Shown piece by piece: positions 29,096 through 38,467 of a stretch of DNA of 64,000 nucleotides. Under the pieces are notes generated by a model. The model saw only the letters and a list, made by a program, of their open reading frames with translations. It ran no database searches and was not told where the DNA came from. The stretch lies in assembly GCA_963798845.1 (NCBI GenBank), contig CAWCUS010000002.1, positions 352,001-416,000 of the forward strand, written 5' to 3'. Source of the stretch: an uncultured Gemmatimonadales bacterium. Its GTDB lineage: Bacteria; Gemmatimonadota; Gemmatimonadetes; Longimicrobiales; RSA9. The first letter of the stretch is position 1; each line of letters begins with the position of its first letter. A program made the translations under genes and the position numbers.

Positions 29096-29793
29096 ACCGC
29101 TCTCCCGGTCCCCCGGCCATCACCCGCGCCGTTGCCTCACTCATGGTCGCCATGGCCGCGTGCGGCCCGGGAAGTGGCAACCCGCCGGGTGGAGCGGCCG
29201 CCGGTGCCGGCGGCGAGGCGGCCGACACAGGTCTGCCCGCGTCGCCAGGGTCCACTGCGGAGCCCGCCCCCGACATCGCTGCCGGCAGCGCCGGAGACAG
29301 CGCCATGGCAGGGACGTGGGCCGACACCGCTGCCGGCAGCGCCGGAGACAGCGCCATGGCAGGGACGTGGGCCGACACCGCTGTGCGCCGCGCCGCCCCG
29401 GCCGGGCAGGCCGTGGTGACGGATGCGAGCGTGGGCGGCCACGACGAGTACGACCGCTTCGTCCTCGAGTTCTCGGATCGTCAGCTCCCCGGCTACACGG
29501 TGGCGTTCGAGCCGGGGACGCCTCGCCAGTGCGGCTCGGGCGCCCCGGTCGCGCTTAGCGGCACGGCCGTCCTCACCGTGAGCCTGCGCTCCGCTGCGGC
29601 GCACGACGGGGCGGGGAAGCCGACGGTGCGCGAGCGCTCGCTGCACCCTGGACTGCCGGTAATGCGGGCCGTTCGGCTCACGTGCGATTTTGAGGGCGAG
29701 GTGTCCTGGGCGCTCGGCCTCGCGTCGAGGAGGCCGTTCCGCGTCTTCTCCCTGGAGGGACCCCCGAGGCTGGTGGTGGACGTACGCCGCTGA
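29092..29793 (+). CDS. Lipoprotein with AMIN-like C-terminal domain
   Basis: Lipobox AMAA|C, low-complexity linker, G.H..YDRFV.EF...DFEG...PFRV..L..P.RLVVDV. Start is either CTG at 29092 or ATG at 29143. Confidence 0.7.
   Translation: MNRSPGPPAITRAVASLMVAMAACGPGSGNPPGGAAAGAGGEAADTGLPASPGSTAEPAPDIAAGSAGDSAMAGTWADTAAGSAGDSAMAGTWADTAVRRAAPAGQAVVTDASVGGHDEYDRFVLEFSDRQLPGYTVAFEPGTPRQCGSGAPVALSGTAVLTVSLRSAAAHDGAGKPTVRERSLHPGLPVMRAVRLTCDFEGEVSWALGLASRRPFRVFSLEGPPRLVVDVRR
29277..29383. repeat. Exact 51-bp in-frame tandem duplication (AAGSAGDSAMAGTWADT x2)
   Basis: 29278-29328 is identical to 29329-29379. Confidence 0.95.
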
Positions 29794-29799
29794 TCCGCC

Positions 29800-30465
29800 T
29801 CAGGGCGACCGGCGCCACCCTCCCGCCCGCGATTCCACCCGCGTTCGCTCTTCCTCCAGACGCGGGATCACCTGCTGGTACCAGTCCTCGCTCGTCCGCA
29901 GTCCGTAGCGGAGGGTGATCGGAAGCCCGTAGTCGAAGGCGGCGTCGATGACGTAGATCGCGCTCTGCGTGGCCTGCGGCTGAAGCAGCTGCCGACCCCA
30001 CCCGCTGGTCAGCGCCAGAATCCCCGCGGGGCGGAGCGTTCGCCCACGATGCGCCAGCTGAAGCTCTTCCGGCCGGTACTCCGTGTTCGGCTCCCGGCTG
30101 AAGAACGACACCAGGAAAAGCTCCGCCGGCCGACCGTCCGCCAGACGCTCCGCCTCCGCCTCCCGGCTCGACGCCAGCGCGTGCAGCCGCTCATAGGTGT
30201 CCGGCGCCGCCATGCGGATCACCGACTCGGACAGCGGCGTCACTTTGACGTTCAGCGCCCCGTCCGTCAGCGACATCGAGATCTCGTCCTGGCGCAGGCT
30301 GCCGTACCCGGCGGGCGGGAGCGCGACGTCCGAATCCGCCTGGACCGCAACCGTGTCCGCCGCGGGAGCCGGCATGGCTCCCGATGGGCTCACCGGCACC
30401 GGGGCGCACCCTACGGCCCCTCCCGCGAGCGCGGCCACGGCGAGACGGCAGGGTAGGGCGCTCAT
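29800..30465 (-). CDS. Hypothetical lipoprotein
   Basis: Lipobox AVG|C, overlaps the engB stop (ATGA), coding-like composition. Confidence 0.7.
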   Translation of the reverse strand: MSALPCRLAVAALAGGAVGCAPVPVSPSGAMPAPAADTVAVQADSDVALPPAGYGSLRQDEISMSLTDGALNVKVTPLSESVIRMAAPDTYERLHALASSREAEAERLADGRPAELFLVSFFSREPNTEYRPEELQLAHRGRTLRPAGILALTSGWGRQLLQPQATQSAIYVIDAAFDYGLPITLRYGLRTSEDWYQQVIPRLEEERTRVESRAGGWRRSP

Positions 30466-31088
30466 CCGCCGTCCTGGAGGAGTGCTTCCACGGCTTCAAT
30501 GAGCGCGTCCCGCCCCTCCCCCGAGACCGCCGAGAAGGGCACGATCTGCTCCATGTCGAGGGCCAGCTCGCCCGCGATCGACCGGAACTTCTCCTTCCTC
30601 TGACCCGCTTTCAGCTTGTCCACTTTCGTCAGCACCACCAGGATCGGGGTGCCCAGGCCGGTCAGGTATTCCAGCATTTGCCGATCATCCCGCGTAGGCC
30701 CGTGCCGCGCGTCCACCAGCTGCACCACTCCACGCAATCCTCGCGATCCGGCGAGGAATCCCTCGACCAGTGGCTTCCACGCTCCCAGCTGGTCCCTGGG
30801 CACACGCGCATACCCGTAACCGGGAAGGTCCACGAGGTGGAAGAGCAGAGCGTCGCTACCGTCGGAAGGCAGCGCGTCGACACGGTAGAAATTCACTTCC
30901 CGTGTCTTGCCCGGGGTTCCTGAGACACGCGCCACCGGCGTGCGGGTCCGGCCGAGCAGCCGGTTGATCAGGCTGGACTTCCCCACGTTGGACCGCCCCG
31001 AAAAGGCGATCTCCGGGAGCTCCGTCTCCGGGGCAGGGCCGTTGGGCTGGGCGATGGCCCCGACGAACTCGACCGACCGGATCTTCAC
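30462..31088 (-). CDS. engB: Ribosome biogenesis GTPase EngB/YihA/YsxC
   Basis: [20 protein letters not shown] and TKVDK motifs. Confidence 0.95.
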   Translation of the reverse strand: MKIRSVEFVGAIAQPNGPAPETELPEIAFSGRSNVGKSSLINRLLGRTRTPVARVSGTPGKTREVNFYRVDALPSDGSDALLFHLVDLPGYGYARVPRDQLGAWKPLVEGFLAGSRGLRGVVQLVDARHGPTRDDRQMLEYLTGLGTPILVVLTKVDKLKAGQRKEKFRSIAGELALDMEQIVPFSAVSGEGRDALIEAVEALLQDGG

Positions 31089-31098
31089 GCCGGCGGCC

Positions 31099-32337
31099 TC
31101 ACGCCTCCTTCTTCTTGGACTCCGGCCGCAGCACCAGGAGCGGCGGGATCCCCTCCGTGACGCACTCCGGCGTGATCACGACCTCGCGCACGTCGTCGCG
31201 CGACGGGATCTCGAACATGATATCGCGCATGTTCTCCTCCAGTACCGCGCGCAGGCCACGCGCGCCGGTGCCGCGCTCGAGCGCTCGACGCCCCACGGCG
31301 CGGATCGCGTCGGGATCGAACGTCAGCCCGATTCCCTCCAGCTCGAACATCTTCTGGTACTGCTTCACGAGCGCGTTCTTCGGCTCCTGCAGGATGCGCA
31401 CGAGCGCCTCCTCGTCGAGCGCAGCCAGCGTGACGCTCACCGGCAGACGCCCCACCAGCTCCGGGATCAGGCCGAAGCGCAAAAGGTCATCCGGCTCCAC
31501 GTCCTTGAAGGGCGCCGCCGACGTGTCCTTCGACGCCTCGCCCGCCGACGCGAACCCGATCTGCCGCTTGCCGGTGCGCGCCTCGATGATCTTCTCCAGA
31601 CCGTCGAACGCGCCGCCGCAGATGAACAGGATGTTGCGCGTGTCGACCTGGATGTACTCCTGCTGCGGGTGTTTGCGACCGCCCTGCGGCGGCACCGACG
31701 CCACCGTCCCTTCCAGGATCTTCAGCAGCGCCTGCTGGACACCCTCGCCGCTCACGTCCCGCGTGATGCTCGGGTTCTCCGATTTCCGCGCGATCTTGTC
31801 GATCTCGTCCACGTAGACGATCCCGCGCTCGCACTCCGCGATGTTGAAGTCCGCCGCCTGGAGCAGTCGGACCAGGATGTTCTCCACGTCCTCGCCCACG
31901 TACCCGGCCTCCGTGAGCGTCGTGGCATCGGCTATGGTGAACGGCACCTGGAGGATGCGGGCCAGCGTCTGGGCCAGCAGCGTCTTGCCCACGCCCGTCG
32001 GCCCGAGGAGAAGAATGTTCGACTTCTCGATCTCCACGTCATCCAGGATGCCGTGGTGGTTCACCCGCTTGTAATGGTTGTACACCGCCACCGAGAGCGA
32101 CTTCTTGGCGTCTTCCTGCCCGATGACGTACTGGTCGAGGGTGGCCTTGATCTCGATGGGCGTCGGGATCCGCGGCATCGCCTCCGCCGCTTCCCGCTCC
32201 TCCTCTTCGGCCAGAATCTCGTTGCATAGCGAGACGCACTCGTTACAGATGTAGACCGAGGGTCCCGAAATGAACTTCTTGACGGAGTCCTTCGACTTCC
32301 CGCAGAAGGAACACCGGAGGTGCTTGTCGCTCGGCAT
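31099..32337 (-). CDS. clpX: ATP-dependent Clp protease ATPase ClpX
   Basis: CSFCGK zinc finger, [19 protein letters not shown] loop. Confidence 0.98.
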   Translation of the reverse strand: MPSDKHLRCSFCGKSKDSVKKFISGPSVYICNECVSLCNEILAEEEEREAAEAMPRIPTPIEIKATLDQYVIGQEDAKKSLSVAVYNHYKRVNHHGILDDVEIEKSNILLLGPTGVGKTLLAQTLARILQVPFTIADATTLTEAGYVGEDVENILVRLLQAADFNIAECERGIVYVDEIDKIARKSENPSITRDVSGEGVQQALLKILEGTVASVPPQGGRKHPQQEYIQVDTRNILFICGGAFDGLEKIIEARTGKRQIGFASAGEASKDTSAAPFKDVEPDDLLRFGLIPELVGRLPVSVTLAALDEEALVRILQEPKNALVKQYQKMFELEGIGLTFDPDAIRAVGRRALERGTGARGLRAVLEENMRDIMFEIPSRDDVREVVITPECVTEGIPPLLVLRPESKKKEA

Positions 32338-32354
32338 GGCTTCCCCGCAGCTCG

Positions 32355-32981
32355 TCAGTCGGTCGGTTGCCCACCGTCTGCTACCGCCACGACCTGTTTC
32401 TGGTTCGTCACCACGTTATCGATCAGTCCGTAGTCCTTCGCCTCATCCGGACTCATGAACCGGTCGCGGTCCACGTCCGCCGCCACCCTCTCTTCAGTCT
32501 GGTGCGTGTGGTGCGCAAGGATCCTGTTCAGCCGCTCGCGCGCGTAAATGATCTCCCGCGCCTGAATCTCGATGTCCGCCGCCGTACCCTGACTCCCGCC
32601 AGACGGCTGGTGGATCATGATCCGCGAGTTCGGCAGCGCGCTACGCTTCCCGTCGGCACCGGCCCCGAGGAGCAGCGCGCCCATGGACGCGGCCATCCCC
32701 ATGCACATCGTGTTCACCGGCGCGGTGAGGTACTGCATCGTGTCGTAGATCGCGAGACCCGCGTACACCGAGCCTCCCGGCGAGTTGATGTACAGGAAGA
32801 TGTCGCGTTCCGGGTCATCCGCCTGCAGGAACAGCAGCTGCGCGATGATCAGGTTCGCAACATCGTCATTGATCGGCGTGCCGAGGAAGATGATCCGGTC
32901 CATGAGCAGCCGACTGAAGATGTCGTAGCTGCGCTCACCCCGGCTCGTACGCTCTATGACGTATGGCGGATAAATTGCCAT
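32355..32981 (-). CDS. clpP: ATP-dependent Clp protease proteolytic subunit
   Basis: YINSPGG, AASMG, MIHQP, DRD catalytic motifs. Confidence 0.98.
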   Translation of the reverse strand: MAIYPPYVIERTSRGERSYDIFSRLLMDRIIFLGTPINDDVANLIIAQLLFLQADDPERDIFLYINSPGGSVYAGLAIYDTMQYLTAPVNTMCMGMAASMGALLLGAGADGKRSALPNSRIMIHQPSGGSQGTAADIEIQAREIIYARERLNRILAHHTHQTEERVAADVDRDRFMSPDEAKDYGLIDNVVTNQKQVVAVADGGQPTD

Positions 32982-34229
32982 CTAGGCCCCGTCCCTTTCG
33001 ATCGTCGATAGCGACTTCAGATAGTCGAACACCCGCTCCTCGGTCAGGTCCCGCGCGAGCGCTTCCAGCCTGCCGGAGCGCGCCAGCTGACGGCGAACTT
33101 CCTCCGGCTCCAGCTCGTTGGCGGCCGCGATCTCCTGCACCCGGGCGTCCAGGTCGTCCTGCGTCGCCGCCAGCTTCTCCATCTCGGCGACCCGGTCCAG
33201 CACCATCATGCGCCGGACCCCGTACTCCGCAGCGGGGCGCATCTGCTGCTTCGCGCCCGCCAGCTCCTCCGGGTCCGACCCCTCCGGCGCCTGGAGCAAC
33301 CCGTCCAGGTACTGGTCCACCAGCGATGGGGGCGCTTCGAACGCGTTTGCCTCCAGGATCTGCTGGATCAGCTGGCGACGGACGTCCCGCTCCGACTCCC
33401 GATTCGCTTCCTCTTCGAGGTCCTTCCGGACCGTGTCCTGGAGCTCCGAGAGGGCGTCGAAGCCGCCGACCTTCTTCGCGAACGCGTCGTCGATCGCCGG
33501 CCGCTCCGGTCGCTCCGCCGAGATGAGCTTCAGGTGGATCTCGTGGTCATCACTCTTCCCCTCCTCCTCCGCCCGCGGCAGCGCCACCGTGAATTCGCCT
33601 TCCTCGCCCACGGCGAGCGTCCGGATCGCCTGATCGATCTGCTCCAGGATCTCACCGGCCCCCAGGACCACTTCGTACTTGCGCGGCTCCGGCGCCGCCT
33701 CGCCCTCCCCTTGCTGCGGCGTGATCTCCACCTCCACCCGATCGCCTTCCGCCGGCTTCCCGTCCTCCAGGCGGTCCCAGGTCGCGTTCTGGTCCTGGAG
33801 CCGCGACAGCACCCGGTCCACGTCCTCGGCCCCGACCGTGACCGGCGGCTGCCGGATGGTGAAGCCTCCGAGCCGCTCGAGCTCGATGTCCGGGCGGACC
33901 TCGAACGCCACGTCGAACGACATCTCGGCGCCCGGCTCATACGAGACGTTCTCTACCGACGCCTGGGAGATCGGGTCGAAGCCCTGCTCCTGCAAGGCTT
34001 CGCGATAGGCGTCGTTCACCACCCGCTCGATCGTCTGCTGGTCGATGGACGCCCCGTAGTGCCGCTCCACCACCGAGGCCGGGACCTTCCCCTTCCGGAA
34101 CCCCGGCAGCCGGACCCGCTTCGCGATCCGGGTGGCCACCTCCTGCCGCTCCCGATCCACTCGCTCGGCCGGGACCGTGATCTTGAGCCGGCGCTGCCAG
34201 TCGGCCGGCTTCTCCACGTCTATTTTCAC
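32982..34229 (-). CDS. tig: Trigger factor
   Basis: GFRKGKVP ribosome-binding motif. GTG start at 34229; the longer ORF runs through the tRNA gene. Confidence 0.93.
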   Translation of the reverse strand: MKIDVEKPADWQRRLKITVPAERVDRERQEVATRIAKRVRLPGFRKGKVPASVVERHYGASIDQQTIERVVNDAYREALQEQGFDPISQASVENVSYEPGAEMSFDVAFEVRPDIELERLGGFTIRQPPVTVGAEDVDRVLSRLQDQNATWDRLEDGKPAEGDRVEVEITPQQGEGEAAPEPRKYEVVLGAGEILEQIDQAIRTLAVGEEGEFTVALPRAEEEGKSDDHEIHLKLISAERPERPAIDDAFAKKVGGFDALSELQDTVRKDLEEEANRESERDVRRQLIQQILEANAFEAPPSLVDQYLDGLLQAPEGSDPEELAGAKQQMRPAAEYGVRRMMVLDRVAEMEKLAATQDDLDARVQEIAAANELEPEEVRRQLARSGRLEALARDLTEERVFDYLKSLSTIERDGA

Positions 34230-34269
34230 GTGCGCGTTTCTTTCCGTGTCGTGCGTGATGGGACTCCGA

Positions 34270-34351
34270 TGCGAAAGGGGGGACTCGAACCCCCACGGCC
34301 GGGGCCACAGGATCCTAAATCCTGCGCGTCTACCAGTTCCGCCACTTTCGC
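34270..34351 (-). tRNA. tRNA-Leu (anticodon TAG), CCA not encoded
   Basis: GCGAAAG/CTTTCGC acceptor stem, D-loop GGAACTGGTAGAC, anticodon arm CAGGA-TTTAGGA-TCCTG, long variable arm, GTTCGAG T-loop. Confidence 0.96.
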
Positions 34352-34366
34352 GCGAACGAGCACGAA

Positions 34367-34395
34367 AATCTAACCGTGACGGGATTGGCAATCAA
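34367..34395 (-). promoter_or_regulatory. sigma70 promoter for tRNA-Leu-tig-clpP-clpX
   Basis: TTGATT-N17-TAGATT ending 15 bp before the tRNA. Confidence 0.7.
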
Positions 34396-34439
34396 CCAAA
34401 TCCGTGGCGCAACCACGCGCTTTCCGATGGGCTGGGGCG

Positions 34440-36035
34440 CTAGGGTACGCGCACGTTGCGGATCAGCGTTCCACCGTCGCTCGTCTGAAGCACCAGCGAG
34501 GCGACAGAGCCGGAGGGGAGCGCGCGGAGAATCCGCTCCGCGTCGGCCGCGGAGCTGACGCCCTCGCGGTTGATCTCCCGGATCAGCAGCCCGGGTTCCA
34601 CGCCCTTGCGCATGGCGGCGCCCGCGGGGGACACGGCGGAGATCAGCGCGCCGCCGGCGCTGCGGAATTGCTGCTGCCGTGCGAGCGAAGGCGTGAGGTC
34701 CACGACTTCGATTCCGAGGTCGCTCTCCGTTGCGGGCGGGGAGGTATGGACCACGGCCTGCTTCCCCAGCTGCGCCTCGGCGAGCCGGACGGAGAAATGC
34801 CGTTTCTGGCCATACCGGATCACGTCCACGCCCACCGTCTCCCCCGGCTGGTGGGAAGCGACGAGTCGCTGGAACTGGCCCAGCCGGTCCACGGAGGTGC
34901 CGTCCACGGCCACGACCACGTCGTGGCGGCGGAGCCCCGCCCGCTCCGCCGGGGAGGCGTCGGCGAAGTCCTCGACCAGGACGCCGGCGATGCGCGGGAG
35001 CCCGTAGACCTCGGCGTCCTCCGGCGAGATGGTCTGGATGCTGATGCCGAGGAGCGGGCGCCGTACGCGACCGTGCTCCAGCAGGTCGTTCATCACCCGC
35101 CTGGCCATGTTGATCGGGACCGCGAAACCGTACCCTTCGTTGTATCCCGAGACGCTGGCGATGGCCGTGTTGATCCCGATCACGCGTCCGTCCAGGTCCA
35201 CGAGCGGACCCCCGCTGTTACCGGGGTTGATCGCCGCGTCGGTCTGGATGAAGTCTTCGATCGCGTATGCCGCCGCGGCGGCGTTCTGGTTGTCGACGAG
35301 CTCCTGGCGAATGATGTCGAGCGGCCGCCCCTTCGCGCTCACGATCCCCCCGGTCACCGTGAAGTCCAGCGTGTTCGCCTGCTGGAACCCCGGGTTCCCG
35401 ATGGCGAGGACCCACTCGCCCACGCGGATGCCGTCCGAGTCGCCCAGCCGGGCCACCGGGAGGTCGTCGGCGTGGATCCGGATCAGCGCCACGTCCGTGG
35501 TCGGGTCCGTGCCGACGACGGTGGCGTCGTACACGCGCTTGTCGGCCAGCGTCACGGTGATGCGATCCGCATCGCCGATCACGTGGTTGTTCGTCAGGAC
35601 CAGACCGTCCGCCGACACCACCACGCCCGTGCCGCCCGCGATCTCCGGGTAGAGCTCCGGGTCGGGGTGTCCTTCCGGGAGACGGTCCAGCATGTCCCGC
35701 AGACGGTGCCGCAGCCCGGGGTGCGCTTCCATCAGGGAGCGCTCGGCCTGGATCCGCACCACGGCCGGCGTTACGGCCGCGGCCACATCCGCGAACGCGC
35801 GGCTGAACGCCCGCGCCTCGCCCAGGTCGCCCTGATCGGCCGGGAACGCGGGACGGGTCGGCACCTGCGTCGCGGGCGCCTCGACCTGTTGCGCCAGATC
35901 CACGAGGTGGAACGGTTCCGCGAACGCGGGCTTCACGAAGGGAGCCGCGGGAACGCGGGTGCTGGACGCGGCGCCGCACAGGAAGGCCAGCGTTGCGAAG
36001 GTTACGAGTCGCGCGGTGGCGTGGGTCCGGGACAT
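34440..36035 (-). CDS. degP: HtrA/DegP-family periplasmic serine protease with two PDZ domains
   Basis: TNNHV, TDVALI and IQTDAAINPGNSGG triad motifs, signal peptide, two PDZ-like regions. Confidence 0.9.
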   Translation of the reverse strand: MSRTHATARLVTFATLAFLCGAASSTRVPAAPFVKPAFAEPFHLVDLAQQVEAPATQVPTRPAFPADQGDLGEARAFSRAFADVAAAVTPAVVRIQAERSLMEAHPGLRHRLRDMLDRLPEGHPDPELYPEIAGGTGVVVSADGLVLTNNHVIGDADRITVTLADKRVYDATVVGTDPTTDVALIRIHADDLPVARLGDSDGIRVGEWVLAIGNPGFQQANTLDFTVTGGIVSAKGRPLDIIRQELVDNQNAAAAAYAIEDFIQTDAAINPGNSGGPLVDLDGRVIGINTAIASVSGYNEGYGFAVPINMARRVMNDLLEHGRVRRPLLGISIQTISPEDAEVYGLPRIAGVLVEDFADASPAERAGLRRHDVVVAVDGTSVDRLGQFQRLVASHQPGETVGVDVIRYGQKRHFSVRLAEAQLGKQAVVHTSPPATESDLGIEVVDLTPSLARQQQFRSAGGALISAVSPAGAAMRKGVEPGLLIREINREGVSSAADAERILRALPSGSVASLVLQTSDGGTLIRNVRVP

Positions 36036-36098
36036 GGCTCCCCTCAGAGGTGCTTTCGCAATTTACGGCCGCAACCGGCATCGCATCAACGGGGACAC

Positions 36099-36139
36099 AG
36101 ACAAACGCCCCGGGGCGGCCTCCCGACCGCACCCGGGGC
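36099..36139 (-). terminator. Terminator after dnaK
   Basis: GCCCCGGG...CCCGGGGC stem followed by GTTTGT on the minus strand. Confidence 0.6.
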
Positions 36140-36167
36140 AAGGTTCCTGCCGCAGACCCGGGATCGC

Positions 36168-38105
36168 CTACTTCTCCTCGTCCACGATCTCGTAGTCCGC
36201 CTCCACGACGTCCTCCTCTTCCGGGCCGGCGGACGCGCCGGCAGTGGAAGCCGACTCCGCGCCGGGCGCATCGGCCGCCCCTGCGCCGGCCTCGCTCTGC
36301 TGCGCCTGGTACATCTGCTGGCCGGCCGCGCTGAACGCCTGCACCAGCTCGTCCTTCGCCGCGTTCAGCTCGGAAAGCTCGTCCTGCTTCAGCGCCTTCT
36401 TGGCCCGCTCCACCGCGGCGTCGATGCGCTGCTTGGAGTCCGCGGGGACCTTGTCGCCCCACTCGCCCACGTCCTTTTCCACCTGGTAGACCAGGCTGTC
36501 CAGCTGGTTCCGCGCCTCCACCTTCTCCTTGCGCGACTTGTCCTCGGAGGCGTGCGATTCCGCATCCTTCACCATGTTGTCGATCTCGGACTCGCTCAGC
36601 CCGCTCGACGCCTCTATCCGGATCTTCTGCTCCTTGCCCGTGGCCTTGTCCTTCGCCGTCACGTGCAGGATCCCGTTCGCGTCGATGTCGAACGTCACCT
36701 CGATCTGCGGCATGCCGCGCGGCGCAGGCGGGATCCCGGTCAGCTGGAAGCGGCCGATCGTCTTGTTGTCCCCTGCCATCGGCCGCTCGCCCTGGAGCAC
36801 GTGGATCTCCACCGTGGTCTGGCTGTCCTCCGCGGTCGAGAACGTCTCCGTCTTCTTCGTCGGGATCGTGGTGTTCCGGGGGATCAGCGCGGTCATCACG
36901 CCGCCCAGCGTCTCGATGCCCAGTGAGAGCGGGGTGACGTCGAGCAGGAGCACGTCCTTGACGTCGCCGGCCAGCACGCCGCCCTGGATCGCGGCGCCGA
37001 CGGCCACGACCTCGTCCGGGTTCACGCCCCGGTGCGGATCCTTGCCGAAGAACTCCTTCACCGTCTCCTGGACCTTCGGGATGCGCGTCGAGCCGCCCAC
37101 GAGGATCACTTCGTCCACGTCCTCCGGCTTCAGCGCGGCATCGGCCAGCGCCTTCCGCATCGGCTCCTTCGTGCCCTCGATCAGGTCGTCCACCAGCTGC
37201 TCGAACTTCGCCCGCGTGAGCGTCAGGTTCAGGTGCTTCGGACCTTCCTGCGTGGCCGTGATGAACGGAAGGTTGATGTCCGTCGACAGCGTCGTCGACA
37301 GCTCCATCTTCGCCTTCTCCGCCGCCTCCTTCAGGCGCTGCAGCGCCATGGCGTCCTTCGACAGGTCGATGCCCTGGTCCTTCTTGAACTCGGAGACCAG
37401 CCAGTCGATCACCCGCTGGTCGAAGTCGTCGCCGCCCAGGTGCGTGTCCCCGTTCGTCGCCTTCACCTCGAACACGCCCTCTCCCAGCTCCAGGATCGAG
37501 ATGTCGTACGTACCGCCGCCCAGGTCGTAGACCGCGATCACCTCGTCCTTCTTCTTGTCCAGTCCGTACGCCAGCGCCGCCGCCGTGGGCTCGTTGATGA
37601 TCCGGAGCACTTCCAGCCCCGCGATCTTCCCCGCGTCCTTGGTCGCCTGCCGCTGCGAGTCGTCGAAGTAGGCCGGCACCGTGATCACGGCCTGGGTCAC
37701 TTCGCTCCCCAGGTAGTCCTCCGCCGTCTGCTTCATCTTCTGGAGAACCATCGCGCTGATTTCGGGCGGCGTGAACGTCTTGCCCGCATTCGGCACGTGC
37801 ACCTGGACCCGGTCCTCACCGTCGCAGCGGATCTCGTACGGGACCTTCTCCCGCTCGCTCGTGACTTCGCTGCACCGGCGGCCCATGAAGCGCTTGATGG
37901 AAGCGACGGTGTTCCTCGGGTTCGTGATCGCCTGGCGACGTGCCACCTGCCCGACCAGCCGCTCCCCATCCTTGGTGAACGCGACCACGGAGGGCGTGGT
38001 TCGCCCGCCTTCCGCGTTCGGGATCACGACCGGGTCGCCGCCCTCCATCACCGCCACGACCGAATTGGTCGTCCCGAGGTCGATCCCGATCACCTTGTTC
38101 GCCAT
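36168..38105 (-). CDS. dnaK: Chaperone DnaK (Hsp70)
   Basis: [30 protein letters not shown] and DVLLLDV linker. Confidence 0.98.
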   Translation of the reverse strand: MANKVIGIDLGTTNSVVAVMEGGDPVVIPNAEGGRTTPSVVAFTKDGERLVGQVARRQAITNPRNTVASIKRFMGRRCSEVTSEREKVPYEIRCDGEDRVQVHVPNAGKTFTPPEISAMVLQKMKQTAEDYLGSEVTQAVITVPAYFDDSQRQATKDAGKIAGLEVLRIINEPTAAALAYGLDKKKDEVIAVYDLGGGTYDISILELGEGVFEVKATNGDTHLGGDDFDQRVIDWLVSEFKKDQGIDLSKDAMALQRLKEAAEKAKMELSTTLSTDINLPFITATQEGPKHLNLTLTRAKFEQLVDDLIEGTKEPMRKALADAALKPEDVDEVILVGGSTRIPKVQETVKEFFGKDPHRGVNPDEVVAVGAAIQGGVLAGDVKDVLLLDVTPLSLGIETLGGVMTALIPRNTTIPTKKTETFSTAEDSQTTVEIHVLQGERPMAGDNKTIGRFQLTGIPPAPRGMPQIEVTFDIDANGILHVTAKDKATGKEQKIRIEASSGLSESEIDNMVKDAESHASEDKSRKEKVEARNQLDSLVYQVEKDVGEWGDKVPADSKQRIDAAVERAKKALKQDELSELNAAKDELVQAFSAAGQQMYQAQQSEAGAGAADAPGAESASTAGASAGPEEEDVVEADYEIVDEEK

Positions 38106-38199
38106 GTGCTCTCCGTTGGTCTCTGTATCCCCATTCGAATCCGGGGCACACAGCGCCCCGTCGTCCGGCCGCCGCCTACCCGCAGCCGGTCGGGTCGGG

Positions 38200-38215
38200 T
38201 GCAACGCCTATGCCG
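38200..38215 (-). promoter_or_regulatory. sigma54 promoter of dnaK
   Basis: CGGCATAGGCGTTGCA, GG-N10-GC with TTGCA, about 95 bp before the ATG. An upstream dyad CTGTCA-CCC-TGGCAG lies at 38265-38279. Confidence 0.7.
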
Positions 38216-38380
38216 GGAAAAGGGACGTATTTCGCGCCAGATCGGCGGGGCAGGTCAGCGCCCGCTGTCACCCTGGCAGGGGCGCTCCGGCCAGACGGCG
38301 AGCACCGCGGACGTTCACCGCCGCGCGCCTGCCCCCTGCGCGGCGGATCCGGAAGGGCCCGGCTGGAGCGCTGAACCGGT

Positions 38381-38410
38381 TTGACCTCCCGAAGGCGGCC
38401 CGGCTATTCT
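38381..38410 (+). promoter_or_regulatory. sigma70 promoter of nupC-PNP
   Basis: TTGACC-N18-TATTCT. Confidence 0.6.
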
Positions 38411-38467
38411 CCGGCACCTGAACTCCGGGGGCGGCAGCCTCCCTCACTCACTCCTGCACCGACGACG

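Noticed and set aside
29277..29383. Repeats here and at 53943-54010 as a CRISPR array
   Set aside because: The repeats are directly tandem with no unique spacers, and there are no cas genes.
34230..34351. tRNA-Leu as an island integration site
   Set aside because: No duplicated tRNA 3' end was noticed, and tig follows directly.
34404..38384. Long plus-strand ORFs antisense to degP and dnaK
   Set aside because: Antisense ORFs opposite dnaK are a well-known artefact, and there is no independent coding evidence.
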